DNA of 44,466 nucleotides from Aduncisulcus paluster (Eukaryota): the NCBI GenBank assembly GCA_024181965.1, contig BQXS01012760.1:1-44466 (forward strand). The letters run 5' to 3'. Shown here piece after piece: positions 28,354 to 38,140 of this stretch. How positions within the stretch are numbered: position 1 is the stretch's first letter; every line of letters begins with the position of its first letter. The translations under genes and the position numbers were made by a program. Below the pieces are notes generated by a model, which saw only the letters and a program-made list of their open reading frames with translations, searched no databases and was not told the origin of the DNA.

Positions 28354-28951
28354 GTGATCCAATTGTTTTTAGAAGAAACACCTGCCACCATGAGTTGATT
28401 CATTCAAGGAATTAATTAAAAAATACATAGAAAGCGGCATGAACCCAGAATATTGGTTAACAATGCGATCAATAAAGTCAGAAAGAATGTCAAGATAGAA
28501 AAGAATAGAAAGATATTATACATACTTTCAAAAACTAAAATGGAATAATACAGAAAGATATTACAGGTTTCAATACCCAATAAACAAATAAAAGCTTGGA
28601 ACCTCGGTAAGTAACGAAATTGATCCGACTTTCAACAAAATTTCATCTAACACACATACGATATAATGTATAGGTTATTCAACGTTCATCCATATGTTTA
28701 ATAATAATAATGATATTTATAATTCACGAAAATAACATTGATCCAACTTACATGCAGCGAATTAATTTCGACGTAATTCCAAGCCTTGGGCTTCAGTTAA
28801 TTTATTACATTTTGTTATACTTATTCAACGTTGTTGTACAAAAATGAAGCAGGTGCCCCATTCAGGTCTCCACTCGATATCAAGTCGTCAATTTCGAGTC
28901 GAAATTTTCGACACTCGGATTTTGGACCGTATTGATTTCCAAATCGAAAAA

Positions 28952-30562
28952 ATGTCTTCCCCATTTGTGTTTTACGACCATGAAAGTGGAATCAAGATTG
29001 ATTTTACTCATTTTTCAACTGTCTCATCATTTGATGATGTTGTTCCAACCTACATCACTGAAATTCGTGAGATTTTCAAGACCCTTAAACGTATTGAGAA
29101 AGGAGATATTGTCAACCACACTGAAAAACGTGCTGTTGATCACTATAACTTGAGAATGAGCGAAAGCCCAGTGGTTGGAAAATCCCTTGCTGAGACCCTC
29201 AAGCAATGGGAAGATGTTAAAAAACTGTGTGATTCCATCCGTGCTGGAGAACTTAAGCCCGCTTGCGGAGAAAAATACTCTGACATTATCTTTAATGGAA
29301 TTGGTGGCTCTTACCTCGGTCCTCTTATGCTTATTATTTCGGCTTACACCGATCAGTTTTGTTCTGTTTGTGAGCCTAAGTTACATTTTATCAGTAACAG
29401 TGATCCTGAATCTTTCTCTAAGATCCTTGGTCGAGTGAATCTCCCCACTTCCATAATGGTCACAATCTCAAAGAGTGGATCCACCGCTGAGACAAGAGGA
29501 AACATGGAAGCCTTCAACGCTATCCTTGAGAAAAATTCCCTCCCCAAGGGTGAGCACAACATTGCCATTACTACAAAACTCTCCATGCTTGATAAATACG
29601 CCGCTGAACACAAATTTATTGGTGTCTTCAACATGCACAATGAAACTGGAGGAAGAACCAGTGTTGGAAGTCCCGTTGGAATGGTCCCTTGTGCTTTTGC
29701 CGGACTTGATTTCTCTGCCTTTGTTAAGGGTCAAAGTCATATGGATTCTCTCACAAGACGTGAAGATGCCCTTTCCAATCCTGCTCTTCTCATGGCTGTT
29801 GCTATTCATCACTCAACAATCACTGTTGGTCACAAAAATATGATTGTGTTGGCTTATTGTGATGCCCTCCGTGAGTTTGCTCATTATTTGCAACAGTTAT
29901 GGATGGAAAGCCTTGGAAAGAAGCATGATACTGCAGGACGTGTCCATCCTGAGGGCCAGAGTGTCTTCGGTGGCGTTGGAACCTCCGAACAACATGCTTT
30001 CATGCAACAAGTTCAACAGGGTATCCATGACTGCTTCATCCAACTCATCTCCTTCAGAAGGAGGGAAACAGATTTCCCAATCACCTCTTCTGGTTCCATG
30101 GGAAGGCAGTTGCTCTCTTTCGTGAAAGGAACTGAGGATGCTCTTGTAAAGAACAAGGTCCCCTTCTTTGATATCTCTCTTCTCTCCCCATCTCTATTCT
30201 CCATCGGTATGCTTGTTGCCCTCCAAGAGCGTGTTGTATCATTCCTTGCGGTCATGAAGAGGCTTAACGCTTACGACCAACCAGGAGTACAGGATGGAAA
30301 GCTCTCTGCCAAGGCCATGGATAAACTTAGCCTTGAAACAGAGGCTGCGATGGCTGAGGGCAAGGTTTCCTTCGAGAAGAAGTCCGCAGAAGAGGTTGCT
30401 GTTATTCTCAAATTTGATGAGGTGAATTTGTTCTTCTTGGAAGCTATTTTGATGGATATGTGTGAGAACATTAAGCTTGAGGGATCATATGGAAAGCTTA
30501 AAGGTGCTGAAATGAAATTTGAGTTCATTGATGGACAATTCTTCTTCACAATGAGTTGGTAA
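28952..30562 (+). CDS. GPI: Glucose-6-phosphate isomerase, cyanobacterial/plastid-like subtype
   Basis: VDHYNLR, GIGGSYLGP, ISKSGSTAET, GGRTS, YLQQLWMESLGK, EQHAFMQQ, NAYDQPGVQDGK. The second ATG (28952) is preferred over 28844; the start is uncertain. Confidence 0.95.
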   Translation: MSSPFVFYDHESGIKIDFTHFSTVSSFDDVVPTYITEIREIFKTLKRIEKGDIVNHTEKRAVDHYNLRMSESPVVGKSLAETLKQWEDVKKLCDSIRAGELKPACGEKYSDIIFNGIGGSYLGPLMLIISAYTDQFCSVCEPKLHFISNSDPESFSKILGRVNLPTSIMVTISKSGSTAETRGNMEAFNAILEKNSLPKGEHNIAITTKLSMLDKYAAEHKFIGVFNMHNETGGRTSVGSPVGMVPCAFAGLDFSAFVKGQSHMDSLTRREDALSNPALLMAVAIHHSTITVGHKNMIVLAYCDALREFAHYLQQLWMESLGKKHDTAGRVHPEGQSVFGGVGTSEQHAFMQQVQQGIHDCFIQLISFRRRETDFPITSSGSMGRQLLSFVKGTEDALVKNKVPFFDISLLSPSLFSIGMLVALQERVVSFLAVMKRLNAYDQPGVQDGKLSAKAMDKLSLETEAAMAEGKVSFEKKSAEEVAVILKFDEVNLFFLEAILMDMCENIKLEGSYGKLKGAEMKFEFIDGQFFFTMSW

Positions 30563-30967
30563 GAGAACGTAGTAATTAAAATTGATTATTGGTTTTCAAG
30601 ATACTCAGGCGACCCACAATTCATGAAACTCCCGAGTGACAATCATAGATCCAGACAATTTGAAAAAGAGGTTCCGTAAACAAGTCGATGTGGTTTTTAT
30701 TTCATGAAGTCTGCCAGTATACAGTGTCTATAAGTAGTATAGTATTGTATACTAGATCTGTCCTAGTTCACAAAATTACCATCAATGATCAAAATTGAAC
30801 CCAAAGCGAAAGAGAGAAAGATGGAAAAGAACTCATAAAGAGCATAAAATATAATAAAAGAGTTGGAAAGGAAGAGTGAAAAAAAGAAATATAAGACAAT
30901 GAGAAGAAAATATTCCATAAATGTTGGCGAAAAATGACTCAATATTACGATTTTTGATCAGACTATT

Positions 30968-31648
30968 TCATTTTCCACCAATCTCACCTGTCTCCTCCTT
31001 CTCTTCCCTCTCATCATTTCCATTTTCTTCTTCTTTTGTCGTTTCTGCTGATTTTGAAGGAGGAGATTCACCCCAAATCATCGTCTTAATATCTTGAACC
31101 CCACATTTCAAATGCTTAAACCTTTCATCAATATCAAGCACTATCTTGGCTATTCTAACAAGACTACGACGCTTTTTATCGCCTTCCTCAGAGAATGACA
31201 TGAAATAAAATGCGGTGGCCATCTCTTTCATCTCCTCGTCATTCAAATGACCAAAGGCGCTCAGAGGCCGAACCATGTTCTTTAATTTATCCTTGTAACT
31301 GCCGTGGGGACCGTGAGAACACATCGGAGGAGGACGCATTGGAGGAATTGGGAAGTGAGGTGGAGGAGGGAAGAAAAATGGGGGAGGCATACGATATTCA
31401 GGCTCGCCTTCTTTCATCCCATCTTCGTGAGAACGTCGTTTACCGGAAAAACACATTTCATGAGCTGGATTACACATTACATGCATTGGAAAATAATGTC
31501 CATTCATCGGATAGCGTCCTTTTTGTGGAGAAGGGGGATACTCTTCATCTTCTGAATTATCTGTTGATTTATCTTTCCCCTTGGGATATTTTTCTTCTTT
31601 TTTTGATTGAATATTTGTTGATTTTTTGCTAGCTGAAGCTTTTTCCAT
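30968..31648 (-). CDS. Hypothetical protein with a Pro-rich centre and a short helical C-terminal domain, 226 aa
   Basis: ATG-started ORF with coding-like composition. No family recognised. Confidence 0.72.
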   Translation of the reverse strand: MEKASASKKSTNIQSKKEEKYPKGKDKSTDNSEDEEYPPSPQKGRYPMNGHYFPMHVMCNPAHEMCFSGKRRSHEDGMKEGEPEYRMPPPFFFPPPPHFPIPPMRPPPMCSHGPHGSYKDKLKNMVRPLSAFGHLNDEEMKEMATAFYFMSFSEEGDKKRRSLVRIAKIVLDIDERFKHLKCGVQDIKTMIWGESPPSKSAETTKEEENGNDEREEKEETGEIGGK

Positions 31649-32106
31649 TTGAAATGTCGAAAATGAACGAAAGATTATAATAAAAATTCCAAATTAACAG
31701 GGACTAATTGCGATAAAAATAATGAATAGAAAAATATCTTGAAAAATATCCAGGCAAACAGGAGATTACGTGTTAATTCTAGATGCGAGTCGCAGTCGCT
31801 CACTCACAGGTTATCAGATTTCTGGTAAATGTCTCTCCTGGTTACTAACAACTAATATAACAATTGCTGTGGCAATTGACAATAAAAATACCAAATATGT
31901 CGTTTTTCCCTAGATTGGCTCAATCATTACAATTAGAGGGAACTAGCCATGTTATGAACTTATTCTTCCTATTTTCAATTTTATCATGCTGATTTTAACA
32001 ATTCTCTTTGTGTCATTATAGAATTAGAGTCTCAAATAAGGTTGTAGAAAAAATTTCCATAAAAGTCTATTTTCTTGTCTAATAAAGACATTATTTTGAT
32101 GTAATA

Positions 32107-33216
32107 ATGTCTGATAAATTTATTGCTCTATCTGCATTTCAATTTAGGAATCAACTTGAGCATTTAGCAGCTATTACAGAAGATAAGAAAACACTATCCG
32201 CAACTAATGCTAATCGGTTGGTATCTGTATTGGCTTTACTTTTAGATATTCCATCAAGTTTGTACATTCCCATCCAAAAGTGTTGTCATGAATATACAGA
32301 ATCTCCTTATCCCTTTCCCATATCTTTATCAGATATAGAAGTTGCTTTGTCCTCAAGCCCAATATCTTATGTTTCTAAGCCTGCACACTTATTAACGATG
32401 TTAATTTGCCTCAAACATATTGTAGATATTGGAGGGAAACAGTTAGAAACACGTAGAGAGAAATCTGTTATTCTCCAAGAACTTTCGGATGCTGGCCTCC
32501 CTTTCATAATATTATTTGCCATTCACAGAGCATATAAGCTTGGTGAAAGATCTCATGTTCCCCTTTCCCCAGAGGAAGAGGCCTCAGAAGATGCAAGGTC
32601 CAAAGCCACAGGAGAACCTGCAAGAAGGTACCACCGGAATAGAACCTGGGGAAGAGAGACTGGATTGAAACCATCCCCCTTGATATTACTATCTTCTGAT
32701 ATTTTATCAACCCATTGTGATACTTCATCTTCCGGTCACTCTGTTCATTGCTCTGTTCATTGCTCTGTTCCTGCTGAAGATCATATTCATGGAATGAAAC
32801 AATGCTCTCTTTGTAGTCGTGAACTCAAGGATGAAATAATATTAAGTCATGACTCATCCTTAACCCTTCCTCCTTCCTCTTCCTCTTCTAAAATGTCTCT
32901 TGTTGTATGTGATGAATGTGCAACATCTCCTGAGCCACCCTTTGATGTTTCTAATATATCACAGATGCTATTTCAGGGAGAAGGTTTCCGTTCTCTCTTA
33001 TTTTCGATTTTATCCCCACTCTGTTCTATTCCTTCCTCTGTCGAACAAATGGATCACTTTAAATTCATTCCATTGATTCTACAACACACAACAATAGACG
33101 AAGCAAACAAGGGATGTTCAGAATGGTGTCAATTGTGTGTTCGGAACATATTGGTCTCTTCTGAAAGGGGAAGGGAGGCATTGTCCGAAGAAATGGAAAA
33201 GGTCAAGGAGAAATAA
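32107..33216 (+). CDS. ATXN10: Ataxin-10/Ctr86-like protein with an inserted Cys/His-rich segment, 369 aa
   Basis: C-terminal IPLILQHTTIDEANKGCSEWCQLCVRNIL matches the ataxin-10 signature (IPLIL..C.ID..NP...EW....IRNL). Confidence 0.72.
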   Translation: MSDKFIALSAFQFRNQLEHLAAITEDKKTLSATNANRLVSVLALLLDIPSSLYIPIQKCCHEYTESPYPFPISLSDIEVALSSSPISYVSKPAHLLTMLICLKHIVDIGGKQLETRREKSVILQELSDAGLPFIILFAIHRAYKLGERSHVPLSPEEEASEDARSKATGEPARRYHRNRTWGRETGLKPSPLILLSSDILSTHCDTSSSGHSVHCSVHCSVPAEDHIHGMKQCSLCSRELKDEIILSHDSSLTLPPSSSSSKMSLVVCDECATSPEPPFDVSNISQMLFQGEGFRSLLFSILSPLCSIPSSVEQMDHFKFIPLILQHTTIDEANKGCSEWCQLCVRNILVSSERGREALSEEMEKVKEK

Positions 33217-33789
33217 CCACCCATATTCTCTTAATCTTTAGATCCTTTATAATTATGGTTTGCTCCACTCCTAAAAAATTGATTAGGGGATATTAATAAT
33301 AATAATGAAAGAAGGATGTGATACTCGCTTGATGATTGCATGGGTTAATGATGAGTTATCTTGATTCTAGTTGATGATATGACTGAACACATTTACAATT
33401 TGCGGTTGTATCCAAGGTTAAGTTGTAATTCGTCTCCTATCAATGATTGGTTCTCTGTCATCTCCTCGGTCACACAATCAAAAATAGTCAGTATATTTTT
33501 GTTATATTCTCACGTTTAATAGTTTTTTTTAAAACGATTAGTCGATACATCAACGATTCAGCCATTTCCAGCAAAAATTTCCCAAATAACAACTACATCA
33601 TAGATTTCGAAAGTCAATAAAATTATATACCTAGACCTTTTTATTTGAACCTTTATTTCGGAATAAACAATATTATTTCGACGTCTGTCCAAACTTCGAC
33701 TTAAAGTCGACGACTTTTTCCTGCAATATAAGCCATTCATTTCAATTTAATTCGCATTTTTAATCTTACATATTTAATTATTTATTATT

Positions 33790-36700
33790 ATGGAGGATTT
33801 TCGATCGGAATTGATTTCTATTGACGTTTTAGCCGATCTCTGTGAAAATGCTAAGATGGCAACAGTTGAAAGAAAAGGGGAGCTGTATTATGAACACAAA
33901 GCAAATTTTCTTAAAATATTTCGGGTTAATAATACCCCTCAAAAAATAGAAGAAGACGTCGAAAGAATTATTTTGTGTTGTCGTGCTCTAACTTATTTAA
34001 TTTCATTTTGTCCAACAAAAGATATGCATGATGTTTATTTTACCTTTATTCGTCACTATAAAAAGGTTGAGAGCATTCTTGGTGAGCTTGTGTTTAACTG
34101 GATGTGTGGGTTTTGTGGCTCCTATTCCCTTAAGGTCAAGACTGAAAGACGTAACATTTTAATGAATATCGCGAAGCCTTTGCACCAAAATATGCAGCGT
34201 ATTGCTACTTCTGAAGATAAGGACCAAGATTGGGATGTTCCTCTCTCAGCTTTCTCTTTATACACGGAAACCCGTGACTCTTACCTAACAATTATCAGAC
34301 CTCATATTATCCCATGGCTAAAGCGGGATCAGAGCCCAGAACATGTTGCTGAATGGATGGATGTTCTGGAGAATCTTACTCTCGCTTCAGACAACATTAA
34401 GCCCTCCCCTCAGCGAGCTCATGGTTTATTCGCCATTTTCCCAGACATCTTGGATCTTATTACAACCAAATTTGCCGGCGAAAAGATCACTGAAAACTTT
34501 ACCCCAAAGGAAGAAGATTCCAGTGAAGAAAGCGAGGAATCCAAACTTTACAAATTGTACACACAGAGTGGAGATAACGATACTCCCGAAGTCTCCTCTG
34601 TATTGGGGTTCTTTGCCAATCTCTGTTGCGATAAAGAACAGGCCATGTTTGTATATGCCCGGATAGAGCCCTATCTCGAAGAATGGTTTGAAGTTTTCAA
34701 GAAAAAAGAGTGCGAAGAAGGGTTAAAACAATGGACAAAGCTTATCTCGACCTTTGTTCGTATGCATGAGCTTACTGCCGCGATTACTCCTAAGTATGAC
34801 ACTGAGATGCGTTGGGCCAGTTGGAACGGTGGATGGGCTGAGTATTGTAAGGAATATTTCGAGTTTGTTGAGAAACACAGAGAAGAAGAGAGTAGTCCCG
34901 AAGTTCCTCAATCTGTTCTTGACAAACTTGTCTCAATTGAGGACCTTCAAATATATCGCAATGAAGCCCTCAAGGCCACCACCGAAGCCCGTAAGAGTGA
35001 GTTGTATCATGAACTTAAACCTAAGCTTGAGATGGTCTTCGAAACTATCCTTCCCAAACATATGCCTCTCCACGACATTCTCATTGTCTTGTGTTGCCAG
35101 TGCATGAGTTGTCTGACGACTAGATACCTATTCTCGGTGGATGATATGGCTGATCTGTGTTCCATGTTCCTCGACCCCATGATAAAAGCAGAGGCTGTGT
35201 TCAGGGATAGCAATGATCTACTCAGCAAAGAGGTATCGCGTTCGATTTATACTGTGTCTGAGTGCTATTCAGCTCAGTCTGAATGTCGTAAACCCCAACT
35301 ACTCTCCGTTCTTGACGATTCTCTTATCTATATTCTGAGTGAAGGTGAGAAGGTCCTTCTTGATGAGTACTTGGCCACAAACATCCTTGAAACCATCAAC
35401 AATCTCTCGCTTCTCTCGCCCACCCATACCTGTGACATTCTCGTGGACATTATCAAACCTCATGTTCTGCCATGGTTGGCCAAGTATGACACCGATGAAT
35501 GTATTGGAAAGTGGATGACCACACTATCAAGAATTACGTATGACACTGGATTATTTGCCCCTTCATACAAACGTTGTCAGAAGCTGTGGTTCTTGTTCCA
35601 CCCTGTTCTAAAAATAGTCAGGCGTGAGTTGGATGAGGCCGAGGAAGAAGCTAAGAGAAGGAGGAGCACCGATCAGAGTAATTCTACCGATGGGGGATAC
35701 ACTGTGCCACCTGCTGTGAACGTCCTTGGTTTCTTTGCTAACTTATGTTGTAATTACAAACATGCCATTGAGATTCACAAGAACATTAAGAATCTTCTTG
35801 ACGAATGGTATGAGTCCTTTAAATTGAAGGGATGTGAGTGGGCCTTGCAACCTTGGTCTCTTCTTGTCGCTGAGCTATCCAATGTTGCCGCCCTCTTACC
35901 ATCCATATCACCCCAATACGATGACGAAATGCGTTGGATTCACGAGTTTGGAAAGACCCAGGACTTTTGGGACGATGGATATGAAAAGTATATCGAGAAT
36001 ATCAAGAACGGCGGAAGACCAGAGGCTGAACATCCCCTATTGGAAGGGGAGGAGGACGAAGATGCCATTCCTCCTCAAAGGAAAGGGAAAGGACCCGGTG
36101 GAAAGAAGAGGAGGAAGAAAGGAAGACATGGAGTCGGCGAGGGATCCGAAGACTCTGAGTTTGTGTCCTCCTATTCCGATGAATTGTACTCCGAACCTTT
36201 ATCCGGTGAGTATGACCAAGAGGAGTTTGAAGAAGAAGAAGAGGAATCGTTGACACCTGAGCTTGAAGCACCTAGAGTAATCTCCCCAAGAAGTATGTCC
36301 AGGAGACGCAGGAAAGGTCTGTTCGGTTCTGGAAAGAGGAAGAGAAAGCTCACTTCGGCTGACAAGGATCCCCTTTCAATTGGTCCCAGTACCCGTGTGG
36401 AACCCCTATGTATTCTTGGCTGTGGATCCTTTGGTGAGAACCTTCTCGTGAGTGTCGAGGGGATGAGAAATCCATGTGTGTTCAAGAAAATGTTCAAAGT
36501 TGGCTCCAAATCTGTCACCAAACGTTGTAGGAAAGAATTTAAATCACTGAAACGTTTATACAGCGAGTCATCGTGTCTCCATCATATCCCTGAACCCATT
36601 TCCATCCTTAACTTCCTTGATGAAAGATATGATGGCATCTATGGATTTGTGAGTGAGTTCTGTCTCGGTGGTAATCTCAGACATTTCGCAAGCAAGTGGT

Positions 36701-37605
36701 GTGTAGCCAAGGTTGGGAGTCTCTCCTCTTCCTCTCCAAAATCTCCTCTTCATAGACAAGTGATGGACGAGGAAGACGAGTACTCTGAGAGCAGTGACAG
36801 TGCTGATGATCTTGGAACCTGTGGTCTTGATGGAATTAGATTCGACCCATTGCGTGTGGCGTCTGTGTGTGTGGCTATCATTGAGTGTGTTGCTGACATT
36901 TGTGATGCAAGGCCAGACTACGTCCATAAGGCAATTAAATTGGAGAATTTCCTTGTCAGATGTGGTAAACACGGTAGTTGCTCCCTTGTATTGTCAGATG
37001 TGGGTCTTCCCGATGTCCAAGAATACATTATGCATCGCTTGTTACCCATTTCTAAGAGTGAGAAGCAAGGTGTTCGCAAGGAGAAACAGAGGAACGACGT
37101 AAGGAAAGCCATGATCGATACTCTGTCCTACAATGCTCCAGAATCCTTACAAAGAGCTATCTTTTCTCAGAAGAGCGATGGATGGGGAGTAGCTTTGTGT
37201 TGTTGGAGTCTCTTCAACTCACTCAAGCGTCCATATGCTGGCCATATCTTCCTCCGTGATCTCACAGCCTCCGAGATGCGTAGAGAGCTCCTTGTTCTGG
37301 CCACCGATGACGTCAGTGTGCCAGATCTGAGAGATTGTGAGTTGTTTGTGAGTCTTAAGAGAATGTCCGACGGAAGATATCGTTCTGTTTTCCAAACTCT
37401 AGCGAAAGTATTCCTTGGTCTCACTGAGATCAAACCAAAGCAGAGAATCACTTTGCAACAGGCAAGACAGGATGTTCAATCTATTAAAAAACTCTTACCA
37501 GCTTTTGGGAAAGGCTTTAAACCTCTCTCCATTAAGCAGGTCATATCAAAACAACTTGACAGATATGACGGTGATTGTGGAACTATCGTTGGTATGGATC
37601 TTTAG
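33790..37605 (+). CDS. Two tandem helical modules, a charged linker and a C-terminal pseudokinase domain, 1271 aa
   Basis: Modules: FFANLCCD/ITPKYD and FFANLCCN/ISPQYD. The kinase fold is closely related to the 4064 kinase (LGCGSFG, CRKEFK, YGF..E.C.GG, DPLRVAS, SDVG, YNAPE) but HRD is replaced by HKA. Confidence 0.92.
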   Translation: MEDFRSELISIDVLADLCENAKMATVERKGELYYEHKANFLKIFRVNNTPQKIEEDVERIILCCRALTYLISFCPTKDMHDVYFTFIRHYKKVESILGELVFNWMCGFCGSYSLKVKTERRNILMNIAKPLHQNMQRIATSEDKDQDWDVPLSAFSLYTETRDSYLTIIRPHIIPWLKRDQSPEHVAEWMDVLENLTLASDNIKPSPQRAHGLFAIFPDILDLITTKFAGEKITENFTPKEEDSSEESEESKLYKLYTQSGDNDTPEVSSVLGFFANLCCDKEQAMFVYARIEPYLEEWFEVFKKKECEEGLKQWTKLISTFVRMHELTAAITPKYDTEMRWASWNGGWAEYCKEYFEFVEKHREEESSPEVPQSVLDKLVSIEDLQIYRNEALKATTEARKSELYHELKPKLEMVFETILPKHMPLHDILIVLCCQCMSCLTTRYLFSVDDMADLCSMFLDPMIKAEAVFRDSNDLLSKEVSRSIYTVSECYSAQSECRKPQLLSVLDDSLIYILSEGEKVLLDEYLATNILETINNLSLLSPTHTCDILVDIIKPHVLPWLAKYDTDECIGKWMTTLSRITYDTGLFAPSYKRCQKLWFLFHPVLKIVRRELDEAEEEAKRRRSTDQSNSTDGGYTVPPAVNVLGFFANLCCNYKHAIEIHKNIKNLLDEWYESFKLKGCEWALQPWSLLVAELSNVAALLPSISPQYDDEMRWIHEFGKTQDFWDDGYEKYIENIKNGGRPEAEHPLLEGEEDEDAIPPQRKGKGPGGKKRRKKGRHGVGEGSEDSEFVSSYSDELYSEPLSGEYDQEEFEEEEEESLTPELEAPRVISPRSMSRRRRKGLFGSGKRKRKLTSADKDPLSIGPSTRVEPLCILGCGSFGENLLVSVEGMRNPCVFKKMFKVGSKSVTKRCRKEFKSLKRLYSESSCLHHIPEPISILNFLDERYDGIYGFVSEFCLGGNLRHFASKWCVAKVGSLSSSSPKSPLHRQVMDEEDEYSESSDSADDLGTCGLDGIRFDPLRVASVCVAIIECVADICDARPDYVHKAIKLENFLVRCGKHGSCSLVLSDVGLPDVQEYIMHRLLPISKSEKQGVRKEKQRNDVRKAMIDTLSYNAPESLQRAIFSQKSDGWGVALCCWSLFNSLKRPYAGHIFLRDLTASEMRRELLVLATDDVSVPDLRDCELFVSLKRMSDGRYRSVFQTLAKVFLGLTEIKPKQRITLQQARQDVQSIKKLLPAFGKGFKPLSIKQVISKQLDRYDGDCGTIVGMDL

Positions 37606-38140
37606 ATCTGAGAAGATAATTTTATTATGTTTTATTTCTTTGAAGATCAGAAAGTTGACTCCTTATTAGCAGCTAATAATTAGCTTGATTTTTTGAAAAT
37701 AATTGGCAATTGTTGTCCAATAATAAAGTACAAATCTATTTTACTTATATTATCGATGAAATATCCCAGAAATATTTTTTCGTTTCTAACAAGTTGATTG
37801 TCTCGCGGATAGATATATTACCGATTATTCATGCTTCCCCATCCAATTAATATGGATCTAAATCCACATTCTGCTATGAATCAAAGGGAATATTATTTCC
37901 CACAGCCCAACAGGAGAAAACGTTGTTTTTGGCTTATTCTTTCAATAATATTAGGTATTGTTGTAATATTTGGATATATTATGGTTATATAATGAGTTTT
38001 AATAATATAGGTATTAGGAAATATCGTTGTATTTAATGTTTGTAACTGTGTCCAGTCTTCAATCAACTTGATCTTTATAATGAGTCAATTGTAATGTCTT
38101 TTATTATTTTAACTTAACCCATATTTCGTTTTTTCTTATT

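Noticed and set aside
30605-30715. Imperfect long hairpin with two TTCATGAA palindromes after GPI (SECIS or ncRNA?)
   Set aside because: Pairing is weak, GPI has no in-frame TGA, and no RNA family was recognised.
33316-33392. Possible C/D box snoRNA (several TGATGA and one CTGA)
   Set aside because: Box spacing is short or ambiguous, the terminal stem is not adjacent to box C, and no rRNA-complementary guide was recognised.
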